This document shows positions 8,314 to 17,008 of a stretch of 64,000 nucleotides of DNA, in pieces. The translations under genes and the position numbers were made by a program. The first letter of the stretch is position 1. Each line of letters opens with the position of its first letter. The notes under the pieces are model-generated. The model did not search any database. It had not been told where the DNA came from and was given only the letters and a program-made list of their open reading frames with translations. Source of the DNA: an uncultured Aminicenantes bacterium (GTDB lineage: Bacteria; Acidobacteriota; Aminicenantia; UBA2199); NCBI GenBank assembly GCA_965195285.1, contig CBDAFS010000003.1, positions 8,257 to 72,256 of the forward strand. Direction: 5' to 3'.

Positions 8314-9918
8314 TTAATCTCGGTCGCTGTAGTCATGCTCCGAATCGTTGCTTGTGACTACTCGATTAATTTCATCCCCTTTCAATTCTATGATTTTGGT
8401 TTTATTCCTTTTTAAATCCCGGTCAAAACTATCATCAATTTGTGAACCGGGGCGGCCGTTCCCCATTAAACTATTGGGGCCGTATAACGATTCATTTGAA
8501 TACCCGAAATATCCGCCGCCTGATTGATTATACTTAACGGCATAAGAACAGACCGCCATTGCATTTGATAAATCGCAATGACTCCCGTCTTTTCCCCTGG
8601 GTGATATTACGGTGTCCTTTCCTGAAAGTGTTACTTTCCTTAATAAACTTAAAAGCTCATTGCGTAATCTCTCAGAATCCGGAAGCTCAATATTATTATC
8701 ACTAAATTCCGGGATCAGTAAAATAAAACATTCGCTTGCGTTTTTATCACTGTATTCAATTTTAATCCCGCACTTATCAAACGCCTCAAAAACCCACTGG
8801 CTGCCATATCGATCCGAAAGGCATTTATTAATTTTGTATGATTTCATGGTCCCTGCAAAACGTTCAGCAACCTCGCTGGGTGTCATTTTACTTTTAACAG
8901 GTATGACTTCATCCAAAAGGTCAATGATGATTTTCCCATTCTCTAAATGAGATATACATAATGAATGGCTGTTAGCCTTGCCGCCGCTCATGTCGATTCC
9001 CGCTGAATATGAAAACTCACTCTTATAAGGTAACATTTGACGGCCCGGTACGATTGCCATATCGATTGAAACTGAATTGAATAAGCTGGATATATCATCC
9101 CTGAAAATACTCTCATATTCACAAAGTCCCCTGGCTCGATCTTTTGCAATCGCCCGGTCTATTTTCTTTTGACTAAATGTCGGATTCATTTTCCTGGTAG
9201 TACTCAACCATATTAGAGTTTCAGGATCATCCTTTCCATAGTATTGATCATACATAGAAAATAAATAACCTTGACGGGAAAATGCACTTGATATACCAAT
9301 CAGTAAAGAACCCTCCATGATCCCCGGCTCCAATGCTGTAATCACTTCATCCGCTGGGTTTGCAAAGGTCTCTGCATTTTGCCAAAAGGCCAGTTCATCC
9401 AAGCATACCACCGGGCCATATAACGGGCCTCTGATTGCACGATAATCTGCTACCCGGATCATAATTTTTACCCGTCCAGAATTTAGGGTGATATCCTTTT
9501 GCCTTTCAATGTTGATCTCTTTTTTAAAGAGGGGATTTGAGTTAAGCATACCACTGATAAAATTGTATATAAGACTTGCACCCGTTTTATCCTGAGCCAA
9601 AATCGGAAGTATCAACTGTTCACCGATTGCCAGCTTATCCAGGAATTGATCTATGCTGAACAAAACTGAATATACAGATATTAGGCTTGTACAAAATGAC
9701 TTGCCTCCCTTCCTTCCTACAATAGCGTATACTTCTTTAAACTTCTGATCAGGGGGCTTTGATCTACCAGTACACTTTTTATAGATTTCATATTCCTGAT
9801 CTGTAAATGGAATGGCATATATTGACTTTAAGAAAGCCCGCCATGCAGTCCAAGTTGACATATCTTTAAACAAATAACCCAATAATCCGGGATCATCCAT
9901 ACATTCAATGATATTCAT
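8314..9918 (-). CDS. Phage terminase large subunit-like protein
   Basis: Walker A GRKGGKS, Walker B VVCLDE, motif III ISS, RNase H-like nuclease residues GIDMSGG / SDRY / HCDLSNA. Confidence 0.8.
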   Translation of the reverse strand: MNIIECMDDPGLLGYLFKDMSTWTAWRAFLKSIYAIPFTDQEYEIYKKCTGRSKPPDQKFKEVYAIVGRKGGKSFCTSLISVYSVLFSIDQFLDKLAIGEQLILPILAQDKTGASLIYNFISGMLNSNPLFKKEINIERQKDITLNSGRVKIMIRVADYRAIRGPLYGPVVCLDELAFWQNAETFANPADEVITALEPGIMEGSLLIGISSAFSRQGYLFSMYDQYYGKDDPETLIWLSTTRKMNPTFSQKKIDRAIAKDRARGLCEYESIFRDDISSLFNSVSIDMAIVPGRQMLPYKSEFSYSAGIDMSGGKANSHSLCISHLENGKIIIDLLDEVIPVKSKMTPSEVAERFAGTMKSYKINKCLSDRYGSQWVFEAFDKCGIKIEYSDKNASECFILLIPEFSDNNIELPDSERLRNELLSLLRKVTLSGKDTVISPRGKDGSHCDLSNAMAVCSYAVKYNQSGGGYFGYSNESLYGPNSLMGNGRPGSQIDDSFDRDLKRNKTKIIELKGDEINRVVTSNDSEHDYSDRD

Positions 9919-9987
9919 GTTATACCCTGAATAAAGCCCTTTTAAATCGATTGTAAGGGGCGATCTCTATCATATCAGTATCATTCA

Positions 9988-10407
9988 TCATGTTTTTTCA
10001 CCTTTCTGTTTAGATTGAATGTAGTCTTTAAGGGTATTCCCCTTATCTGCTTTCCTTTCAAGCCCCAGCTCACGGAGGGACCTTTGAATATTCGCACAAA
10101 ACCCCAGGTATGAATTAGCCAACACCGGGGTCAACCGCCCGGACTGCGTAAAAACTCCCTTTTCAGACACCCAGGATTCTATCAGGACCCGGCAACCAAT
10201 GAGATTTACTGTTTGGTCAATCAGTATTAATTGAGCCTGGGAAAGGGTAGACAAACCCCCCAGGTCATTTATGATATTTTCCCGGACCCGGTCTAACTGA
10301 GTCTTTAAGTCTTTATGATCCGCTGGCAATATACCGGATTCCTTAAACCGATAAACTCCATGCTCACCTTTCCGGGGCCGCCCTCTTTTACGCTTTTTAT
10401 CAATCAT
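9988..10407 (-). CDS. Putative terminase small subunit
   Basis: Directly upstream of TerL; basic N-terminus RGRPRKGEHGVY, helical core, LRELGL motif near C-terminus as in many TerS; GAGGT RBS. Confidence 0.6.
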   Translation of the reverse strand: MIDKKRKRGRPRKGEHGVYRFKESGILPADHKDLKTQLDRVRENIINDLGGLSTLSQAQLILIDQTVNLIGCRVLIESWVSEKGVFTQSGRLTPVLANSYLGFCANIQRSLRELGLERKADKGNTLKDYIQSKQKGEKT

Positions 10408-10762
10408 TTTATCTAATTTTTACCTCATTATATCGTTATTATTTAACTATTTTAATGATATTTTAATAATACGCCCGGTATTCGTTACCCGGTTGTTACT
10501 TTTTCTAATCAAACCCCTTGAAACCCTGATATAATCAGGCTTTTCAATTTCTGACAGGTTCCTTATAGGTAACCAGCACTTATTTATCAAATATAAACAA
10601 CCTCTAAGCATAAAAAACTGGAAAACGTGTTTGTGATTTTTCTTTATTAAGAGGGTTGCTGATTGCCTAAAATCAGCTAAACCCTTACTCTCTTTTAAGA
10701 GAGTTTTAAAAGATTTTAGCGAAAGTTGAAATGCTTTATTATCATTCATTTTAGGCATTTTC

Positions 10763-10825
10763 TGTTACAGTTAAGTTAAGTAAACGTTTCACTTAAGTTA
10801 AGTAAGTGTTACAGTTAAGTTAAGT
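10763..10825. repeat. Three iteron-like 22-bp-period direct repeats (putative replication origin)
   Basis: TGTTACAGTTAAGTTAAGT at 10763 and 10807, CGTTTCACTTAAGTTAAGT at 10785; exact 22-bp spacing, right after the rep-like stop codon. Confidence 0.8.
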
Positions 10826-10839
10826 CTCTCTTTTTTTTA

Positions 10840-12063
10840 TCATTTAATTAATTCCTTATCATTCACATTTTTTGACTTTTTAAACTCGAAAATAGCACTT
10901 TCTCTATTTATGGCATACCCTTTCAGCAACTTCTCTTTTACTGCAAATTCACATAAATTTTCAATCATTTTTTTAAATCTATACTGTTTGACTCGATTTT
11001 TAAAAACCCCCTTATTATTCAAATAATCATTTTTTTTTATAGTTCCGCATAATTTATTTAATTCTATTTTTTTAGGTTTTCCATGCTTGTAAAAGTTTCC
11101 GGTTTTTATCAGAAATTCCAAAAAGTTCAAATCCCATTCCCGGACTTTTTTAAATGCTCTCAGGTTTGCGATTAAATCAGAATGAATTATTACATAAAAA
11201 AGGGACTGGGAATCTGTTAAGTCTGTGATTAAGGTTAAGTTATTTAATTGGAGATAAAGTTTACTGGTTGAAATATTTTTTGATTCAGTTTTTGGATTAA
11301 GATTGAGTTTTTCCAATGGAATAAATTTAAAAATCGGTTCATCTGAATCTATAAAATTATAAACTTTAGAATCGGTTTTATCCGGGAAAATCATATAACA
11401 AGGAAACCTTTTTTTTGTAAGTCCCACCATAGCCTTTTTTATTTTTACCAGTTCTGTGCCTTCAGTATCTTTAAAACCCAAACTTTTCATTAAGTCCACG
11501 AAATAAAAGGGAGTGATTTTGAGGTTATTATCTGATAGAATTTTGAAACCACCGAAAATAGCGAATTTTTCATAAACAGAGAGTTTGTAATTTTCCAGAA
11601 AATTTTTCCCACACCGTTCCAACATTTCATTGGCCCGTTTTATCTGTTTTTTTATATCTTTTTTTTCTTTTAAATCTGTAGTTTTTTTCAAATTGTTTTC
11701 CAGTTCCCGGACATCTGAATTAATTTTTTTAAAAGTCGCTGACTTGGTGGTCAATGATGTATTCAAATAATTTACCGGGAGTTTGATTATTTTTTTACTC
11801 CAATATTTTTTCCCCTTCAAATTGATAAAATAATCTATTCTATTTTTTAATTCTGCTTTGTCCTGAGTGTCGAAAAATAAAGATAATTTTAAAATATTTT
11901 CCTGGGATAGTGAATCGAATATATCTGATATATTAAAACAACTCAAAACATAAAAAAATTTATCCATCTCATTTCCGCTATGGCTCTGAGCCAAACTTTC
12001 AAACCTTTTATGATCATTTTTCCTGGTATGTAATATTAAATTTAAAACATTTTTCTCATTCAT
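10840..12063 (-). CDS. Putative replication initiator (Rep) protein
   Basis: 407 aa, very basic; translationally coupled to DnaB-like gene and followed by iterons; family not recognised by sequence. Confidence 0.55.
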   Translation of the reverse strand: MNEKNVLNLILHTRKNDHKRFESLAQSHSGNEMDKFFYVLSCFNISDIFDSLSQENILKLSLFFDTQDKAELKNRIDYFINLKGKKYWSKKIIKLPVNYLNTSLTTKSATFKKINSDVRELENNLKKTTDLKEKKDIKKQIKRANEMLERCGKNFLENYKLSVYEKFAIFGGFKILSDNNLKITPFYFVDLMKSLGFKDTEGTELVKIKKAMVGLTKKRFPCYMIFPDKTDSKVYNFIDSDEPIFKFIPLEKLNLNPKTESKNISTSKLYLQLNNLTLITDLTDSQSLFYVIIHSDLIANLRAFKKVREWDLNFLEFLIKTGNFYKHGKPKKIELNKLCGTIKKNDYLNNKGVFKNRVKQYRFKKMIENLCEFAVKEKLLKGYAINRESAIFEFKKSKNVNDKELIK

Positions 12064-13490
12064 TATCCAATCCTGTCACGTGACCCATAGTCTTCCGATT
12101 CTTCAATCTCGTTCTCTAATGTTCGGTTAAACTCTGTCATCCGGGTTGTATACTTTTGAAATTTCAACCTATATTCACCCTTGAAATAACTCAATTTGTT
12201 TTTAGCAAAACTGACTTTTAAAATAGGCTCCTTTTGATCTGAATCGAAAAAGTCATTTTCATTTTCAGGTTCTAATAATAAAACCAAGTCGGCCCGGTAA
12301 ACCAGGCGTTTACTCCCGGATATATCGGAAATGGTCAAACGCCGCTCCTTTGATTTCCCATTTTTATATTTTTGGTCTTTGTCTTTTCGTACCTCTGCCG
12401 TTGTGATTATCGGGATATCATAGTTTGATACAATTCGTTTAATAATTTCCGCTTGCCGCTCATCACGTTCATTGCCCTGAAAATTTCCAACATCCAGATA
12501 ATGGAAACCGTCAATAAAAATCACCGTATTTTTATTAATGGCCAGAGACCTCTCAATGATACGCCTAACCTCTATAATCTTAAATCGCTCTATAACATCA
12601 AGCCGTTTATCCAGGAAGTATTTTTTTACTTTTTCGACTGTCTGCCTTTGCAGATCCCCGGCTTTTATCTTTTTACCGTCAATCTGAAAAGAGGTATTAT
12701 CACCCTGCCGCTTGTCAATATCCATTAATTCAATCCCTGAAATATTGCTATACAGTCGATTCAGAATTTTATTGATTGAATCATCCAGGGTGAAATATAG
12801 ACATCTTATTTCCGGGTTACTTTTCAATAAGTCTAAAAATAGATTTACTAAAATGGCAGTTTTCCCGATATTCGATTCAGCACCTATGATATAAAATCCG
12901 GCCTGTATACCGTCCACCGCCTTTGTTAACTGAGGGTAATTTTTCAATATATAACCTTTTGGGTTTTCCGGTTCTCTTTTCAAGTCCTCAGTAAATTTTT
13001 TATCAATTCTCTGATCAAGGGTCAGTTCCGGGCTATATGACCTGTCGGTAATTTTTAAAATATCTGCATTTAATTGATTTACGATTTCATCCGGTTCATT
13101 TTGGAGTTTAAGTGATTCAGCACCCGCCCTTTGGGTCGCCTTGAATATTTCCCTTTTTTCTGATTCTTTCTTTACCTTTTCGGCATATTCAGAGACGCTT
13201 ATATTTTCCGGGATCCCGTCAACCAGCCCGTTAATATAATCATACCCACCAATAAATTTTAATTCTTTTTTCTCTCTGAGGCATGATGATATTGTAACCG
13301 TATCAGCTCTTTTCTTTTTATCTGTCAGTTCGATAATGGCCTTTGCAATTTCCTTATGTCCATCTTTGTAAAAATCATCAATATCAATAATAGAAAAAAC
13401 ATCATTAATATATCGGTTGTCAATCAACATAGCACCCAAACAGGCCTTTTCTGACATTTCATCAAATGGTAACGTTTCATTCTGAGTCAT
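12063..13490 (-). CDS. DnaB-like replicative helicase (element-encoded)
   Basis: DnaB N-domain (LPFDEMSEKACLGAML, DFYKDGHKEI, IGGYDYI), Walker A GAESNIGKT, FIDG, ISGS..LVYRAD, AKNK. Confidence 0.85.
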   Translation of the reverse strand: MTQNETLPFDEMSEKACLGAMLIDNRYINDVFSIIDIDDFYKDGHKEIAKAIIELTDKKKRADTVTISSCLREKKELKFIGGYDYINGLVDGIPENISVSEYAEKVKKESEKREIFKATQRAGAESLKLQNEPDEIVNQLNADILKITDRSYSPELTLDQRIDKKFTEDLKREPENPKGYILKNYPQLTKAVDGIQAGFYIIGAESNIGKTAILVNLFLDLLKSNPEIRCLYFTLDDSINKILNRLYSNISGIELMDIDKRQGDNTSFQIDGKKIKAGDLQRQTVEKVKKYFLDKRLDVIERFKIIEVRRIIERSLAINKNTVIFIDGFHYLDVGNFQGNERDERQAEIIKRIVSNYDIPIITTAEVRKDKDQKYKNGKSKERRLTISDISGSKRLVYRADLVLLLEPENENDFFDSDQKEPILKVSFAKNKLSYFKGEYRLKFQKYTTRMTEFNRTLENEIEESEDYGSRDRIG

Positions 13491-13506
13491 TTTTTACCCC
13501 CTGTTT

Positions 13507-13977
13507 TCATTTTTCAATCCCATACAATCCCAATAAAAGGGCTTCCGCAATTCCATCATGTTTCCGGTATTTTTCCCAATCTATTTGATCCGGAAAAAGC
13601 TGTTGTGCTTTTATTATAGAATCCCCTTTTCCTTTTCCGATCAGGCCATGATATTTTTTCCACCGCACCGGCACTATAATTTCATGTCTTATATTCATTG
13701 ATACAAAAATATTTCTGAAAGTATAAAACCCGCCGCCGGTCATAAAGTTTGACTTTGAGGACTGGCCCGGATAAGCATGAAGTAACTCAATAAATGCCCG
13801 GTCAATAATATCCCTATGAGTAGTAAAAATATTCCACAAAACCCTTAAATCATAATCCCAGCTTTTCTTCTTATTTTTTATGATATCCAGCACCGGCATT
13901 TTATAATAAAATTCTATTCTCTTATTATCCATTATTGCAATGGCCCCGTTTTTTCCAACATCGATACTGGCTATCAT
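13507..13977 (-). CDS. RuvC-like Holliday junction resolvase (phage type)
   Basis: IASIDVGKNGAIA, AFIE, PVRWKK, HDGIAEALLL. Confidence 0.8.
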   Translation of the reverse strand: MIASIDVGKNGAIAIMDNKRIEFYYKMPVLDIIKNKKKSWDYDLRVLWNIFTTHRDIIDRAFIELLHAYPGQSSKSNFMTGGGFYTFRNIFVSMNIRHEIIVPVRWKKYHGLIGKGKGDSIIKAQQLFPDQIDWEKYRKHDGIAEALLLGLYGIEK

Positions 13978-14198
13978 TTATATTTCCTGACTTCCTTTAT
14001 GTCGCCATCAATAGATAATTGACCGATCCGAATTAAAAGGTCGGCTTTGATTTTATAGGGACTTGATAATTTTCCCAGTTTCCCGGATTGAATTAAATAC
14101 GAAAAGAATCGGAGCAGATCCCTTGAAGTCATTTTGCCCGTTTCGTACTGGATGATCCAGAAAGAGAGTCGATGATCTTCATCAATGAAATTTTCCAT
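13974..14198 (-). CDS. Small hypothetical phage-type protein
   Basis: IIQYETG...FFSYLIQSG; stop overlaps resolvase start. Confidence 0.7.
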   Translation of the reverse strand: MENFIDEDHRLSFWIIQYETGKMTSRDLLRFFSYLIQSGKLGKLSSPYKIKADLLIRIGQLSIDGDIKEVRKYK

Positions 14199-14217
14199 AG
14201 TTCACACCAAAGCCCCT

Positions 14218-14454
14218 TTATTTTGAATTGTTAATAATATGATCAGCGGCCTGGGTTTCCACTTCTTTTTGAGTTCTAACAGGATTTGAAAAAATAAAAT
14301 TATCCAGGTCTGACTTTTTGAAAATGATTTTTTTCTTAGACGGTTTGAAATATTTGATTTGCTTTAAACTGGTCAGTTTATAAAGCCAATGAGTTGAAAT
14401 ATTCAAATATAAAGCCGCCTGTTTTACGTTCATGATCTGACTTTGTTCTGACAT
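14218..14454 (-). CDS. Excisionase-like helix-turn-helix (HTH_17) protein
   Basis: MNVKQAALYLNISTHWLYKLTSLKQIKYFKP..IIFKKSDLDNFI; GGAGG RBS before ATG 14454. Confidence 0.85.
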   Translation of the reverse strand: MSEQSQIMNVKQAALYLNISTHWLYKLTSLKQIKYFKPSKKKIIFKKSDLDNFIFSNPVRTQKEVETQAADHIINNSK

Positions 14455-14569
14455 AAATACCTCCAATATTATTTATTCACCTATATTGTGCTATATGTTG
14501 GGGGATTAATCTTACGGGGTTTTCCGCTATTTTCTATGATTTTCTATGGAAAAATAAAATAATTTTAGA

Positions 14570-15202
14570 TTATTCGACTTTTTCCTGAAATTTTTCTTTA
14601 AAACGAATTAAATCAGAACCTTTTATTTCAAACTTTTTTGATATTTTTGATTTTTCAGCTTCTAAAGATATCAACCCATCTTCTTTATGATTTTTCCCAC
14701 CATGTATATAATTTAGTATTGACCTTTCATCACAATTATAAAGCTCTGCCGCTTCTTTTACTGAATAGATTTTATCCGGGTCAATTTTTTGAGTTTCCCT
14801 TCCAAGCCCGGCTTTAACGTTTTTTGATTTTTTTAAATTCTCTAACTCAAACAAATTTTTTTCATACTCTATTAAAGCTTCCAATTTTTCAATAATAGAT
14901 GGTACTTTAAAATCAAATTCTTGAAGTAATTCTTTTCCATGTTTTGTAAAATCTACAGCAAAAGAACCATCGATTTTTTGTTTTTCATCTTTTAAAACTT
15001 TTAAGAGACATTCAATTCTATTTTTCCTTTTTTTAATTTCTTTACATGGTTCTATAATTAATTCATATTTCTCATTTTCTAATTTTACATATAAATAAAT
15101 CCAATACCTTTGCTGTGTCGGTATAGGCCAAGCTCTAATATCTTTACCTTCAAATTCTGCAATTTCTTTTTCTACGGCTTTTAAAAATTCATGTTCATTC
15201 AT
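14570..15202 (-). CDS. Protein with C-terminal Xis/MerR-like HTH (putative regulator)
   Basis: IYSVKEAAELYNCDERSILNYI...KFEIKGSDLIRF; overlaps integrase stop. Confidence 0.7.
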   Translation of the reverse strand: MNEHEFLKAVEKEIAEFEGKDIRAWPIPTQQRYWIYLYVKLENEKYELIIEPCKEIKKRKNRIECLLKVLKDEKQKIDGSFAVDFTKHGKELLQEFDFKVPSIIEKLEALIEYEKNLFELENLKKSKNVKAGLGRETQKIDPDKIYSVKEAAELYNCDERSILNYIHGGKNHKEDGLISLEAEKSKISKKFEIKGSDLIRFKEKFQEKVE

Positions 15203-16298
15203 AATTCACCTCAATTTCCGGTAGTAAATCAACCGCCTGTCTCTTTTTATCATCTACAATTTTAGAATAAATCTCTGTGGCCTGCAAAGTTTTATGACCC
15301 AGCATTTTTGACAGCGTATAGATACCAACACCACTGGTTAGACTCATAACGGCAAACGAATGCCGGGATACATGGAAATGAACATTTTTATCAATCCCTG
15401 CTCTGGCCGCCCAAACTTTTAACGCCCTGTCAATCTGTGAATGATTCTGTATTTCAAAAACCCTTTTTCCTTTCAATTTGTCAAATTCAATATTTTCAAT
15501 ATTCAATATTTTCTGAGCACTTTTTGAAAGGTAAAGATATTCATATCCCTTTGTCTTTTGCTGTCTAAAATCAATCCTATAATAAACATCACCTTTAACA
15601 ATATCTTTTTGAAAATCATTCCAGTTTAAATTAAAGGCGTCATTTTTTCGTAACCCGGTATAACAGCAAAAAAGAAAAATCTTTTTCACCCCTGAATTAT
15701 TGCAAGGTGTGTTTGCCAGTTTCTGAATTTCCTCAAAAGTTAAATGAGTCCTTTTAGTTTCCAGGGATTTTATATTTGAAACATTACTTCCGGGACTGGT
15801 TTCGATTATTTCATCTCTTACCGCTTGATTTAGGGTAGCTTTAATTTTAACAAAATAATTATGGGCCGTGTTTTGATGAAGTGAATCCTGGAATAACAAA
15901 AACTCTTTAAACTGCTCTAAAAATGACCGGGTAACATTTTCAATAGTAATATCTTGTAAACCCTTTTCAATTAAAAACTTTTTCAAATAATTCAAGGTAT
16001 TTTGCCATGCCCTATTGTTTTTTGATCTCTCATTTTTGAGCTTATTAAAGTATGTTATAAAGCTCCCCTTTTTCTTAAAATTAGATATTGAACCGTTATT
16101 AGAGCTGGCAATCTCTAACTGTTTTCTGGCTCTGATATTTTCTGCAAGTCTCCAGGTTTCTTTATTGACCTCTTTATCATTTTCCAGGTAGAGGTTTAAA
16201 AAATCATATTCACGTTCCCCATTATTGTAAATATCTAAATAAAGTGAACGTCTGTTACCTTTCCCTTTTAGCTTTTTTTCTCTAATTTTAACACTCAT
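15195..16298 (-). CDS. Tyrosine recombinase/site-specific integrase (arm-binding + SAM-like + catalytic domains)
   Basis: SLYLDIYNNGEREYDFLNLYL arm domain; TGLRKND, QQKT, HFHVSRHSFA, LGHKTLQATEIY (R-K-H-R-H-Y); AAGGA RBS before ATG 16298. Confidence 0.95.
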   Translation of the reverse strand: MSVKIREKKLKGKGNRRSLYLDIYNNGEREYDFLNLYLENDKEVNKETWRLAENIRARKQLEIASSNNGSISNFKKKGSFITYFNKLKNERSKNNRAWQNTLNYLKKFLIEKGLQDITIENVTRSFLEQFKEFLLFQDSLHQNTAHNYFVKIKATLNQAVRDEIIETSPGSNVSNIKSLETKRTHLTFEEIQKLANTPCNNSGVKKIFLFCCYTGLRKNDAFNLNWNDFQKDIVKGDVYYRIDFRQQKTKGYEYLYLSKSAQKILNIENIEFDKLKGKRVFEIQNHSQIDRALKVWAARAGIDKNVHFHVSRHSFAVMSLTSGVGIYTLSKMLGHKTLQATEIYSKIVDDKKRQAVDLLPEIEVNYE

Positions 16299-16319
16299 GA
16301 TCAATCCTTTAAATTTGAT

Positions 16320-16370
16320 TGAGTAACATTTTAATTTGTTACTCATTATAATAGTAACATGAAAGTAACA
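16320..16370. promoter_or_regulatory. Integrase-proximal GTAAC repeats (arm-type/operator sites)
   Basis: Inverted repeat TGAGTAACA-N8-TGTTACTCA (16320-16345) plus direct pair GTAACATGAAAGTAACA (16354-16370). Confidence 0.6.
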
Positions 16371-16487
16371 TAATATCAACTATAATGTATAATAATATGA
16401 AAAAATAGAAAAATATAAACATCATGGTATATCCTTTGTTTACAAGCTTATAAAAGGATATACAGTCAAATATAATCATATAAAAGA

Positions 16488-16997
16488 TTGATGATAAATA
16501 CGGCAATGAATCCCTGTGAAGACTCAATCGGAATCAAGGAATATCAATATTACAATTGCACGGAATCCCAGCGAAGAAACTACTATTCAAAAATTTCAAA
16601 ACCACTGCTGGACCGAATTGATTTGCAAATTGAGGTGAAAAAAGTCAAAATTGATGAAATCACCTCCACTGTTCAGGCAGAAAGTTCCAAGGATATCAAG
16701 CACCGAGTGGTGAAAGCCAGGCAAGCTCAACTCCAGCGTTTTAAAAACCTCAAACATAAAATATTCGCCAATGGGCAAATGTCCAATAAAGAAATAAAAC
16801 AATTTTGTTCCCTCACCCGCCAAAGTGAAGAGCTCATAAACAGCGCCATTGACAAATTGAATTTAAGCGCCCGGAGTTATTTTAAAATTCTGAAAATTGC
16901 CAGAACTATTGCCGATCTCGAAAATGCAACTGAAATTAAAACCAGCCATCTTCAAGAGGCCCTCCAGTATCGAAACCTTGACCTGTTCCGTCTATAA
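16488..16997 (+). pseudogene. comM: ComM/YifB C-terminal part
   Basis: TAMNPC...KISKPLLDRIDL, LSARSYFKILKIARTIADL, HLQEALQYR; joining at the att core gives an intact ~511 aa ComM. Confidence 0.95.
16499..16514 (+). repeat. Right att core, 16-bp direct repeat TACGGCAATGAATCCC
   Basis: Identical to 5377-5392. Confidence 0.95.
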
Positions 16998-17008
16998 GAA
17001 ATGAGTGA

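Larger units (their letters stand above)
5377..16514 (-). mobile_element. ~11.1 kb integrative phage-satellite-like element inserted in comM
   Basis: Perfect 16-bp terminal direct repeats that rejoin comM in frame; integrase at right end; all genes on minus strand; xis-like, helicase, rep, iterons, terminase; visibly AT-richer than flanks. Confidence 0.93.

Noticed and set aside
10447-10758. 103-aa ORF between Rep and TerS
   Set aside because: No RBS (iterons lie directly upstream), no motif, and it overlaps the palindrome-containing putative origin; probably non-coding
10763-10825. CRISPR array
   Set aside because: Repeats are contiguous with a 22-bp period and no unique spacers; no cas genes in the window
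5377-16514. Complete prophage or ICE
   Set aside because: Too small; no recognisable capsid, portal, tail, lysis, relaxase or conjugation genes
16299-16527. N-terminal extension of integrase and the 62-aa ORF 16339-16527
   Set aside because: The region holds repeats and the att core; the RBS supports an int start at 16298
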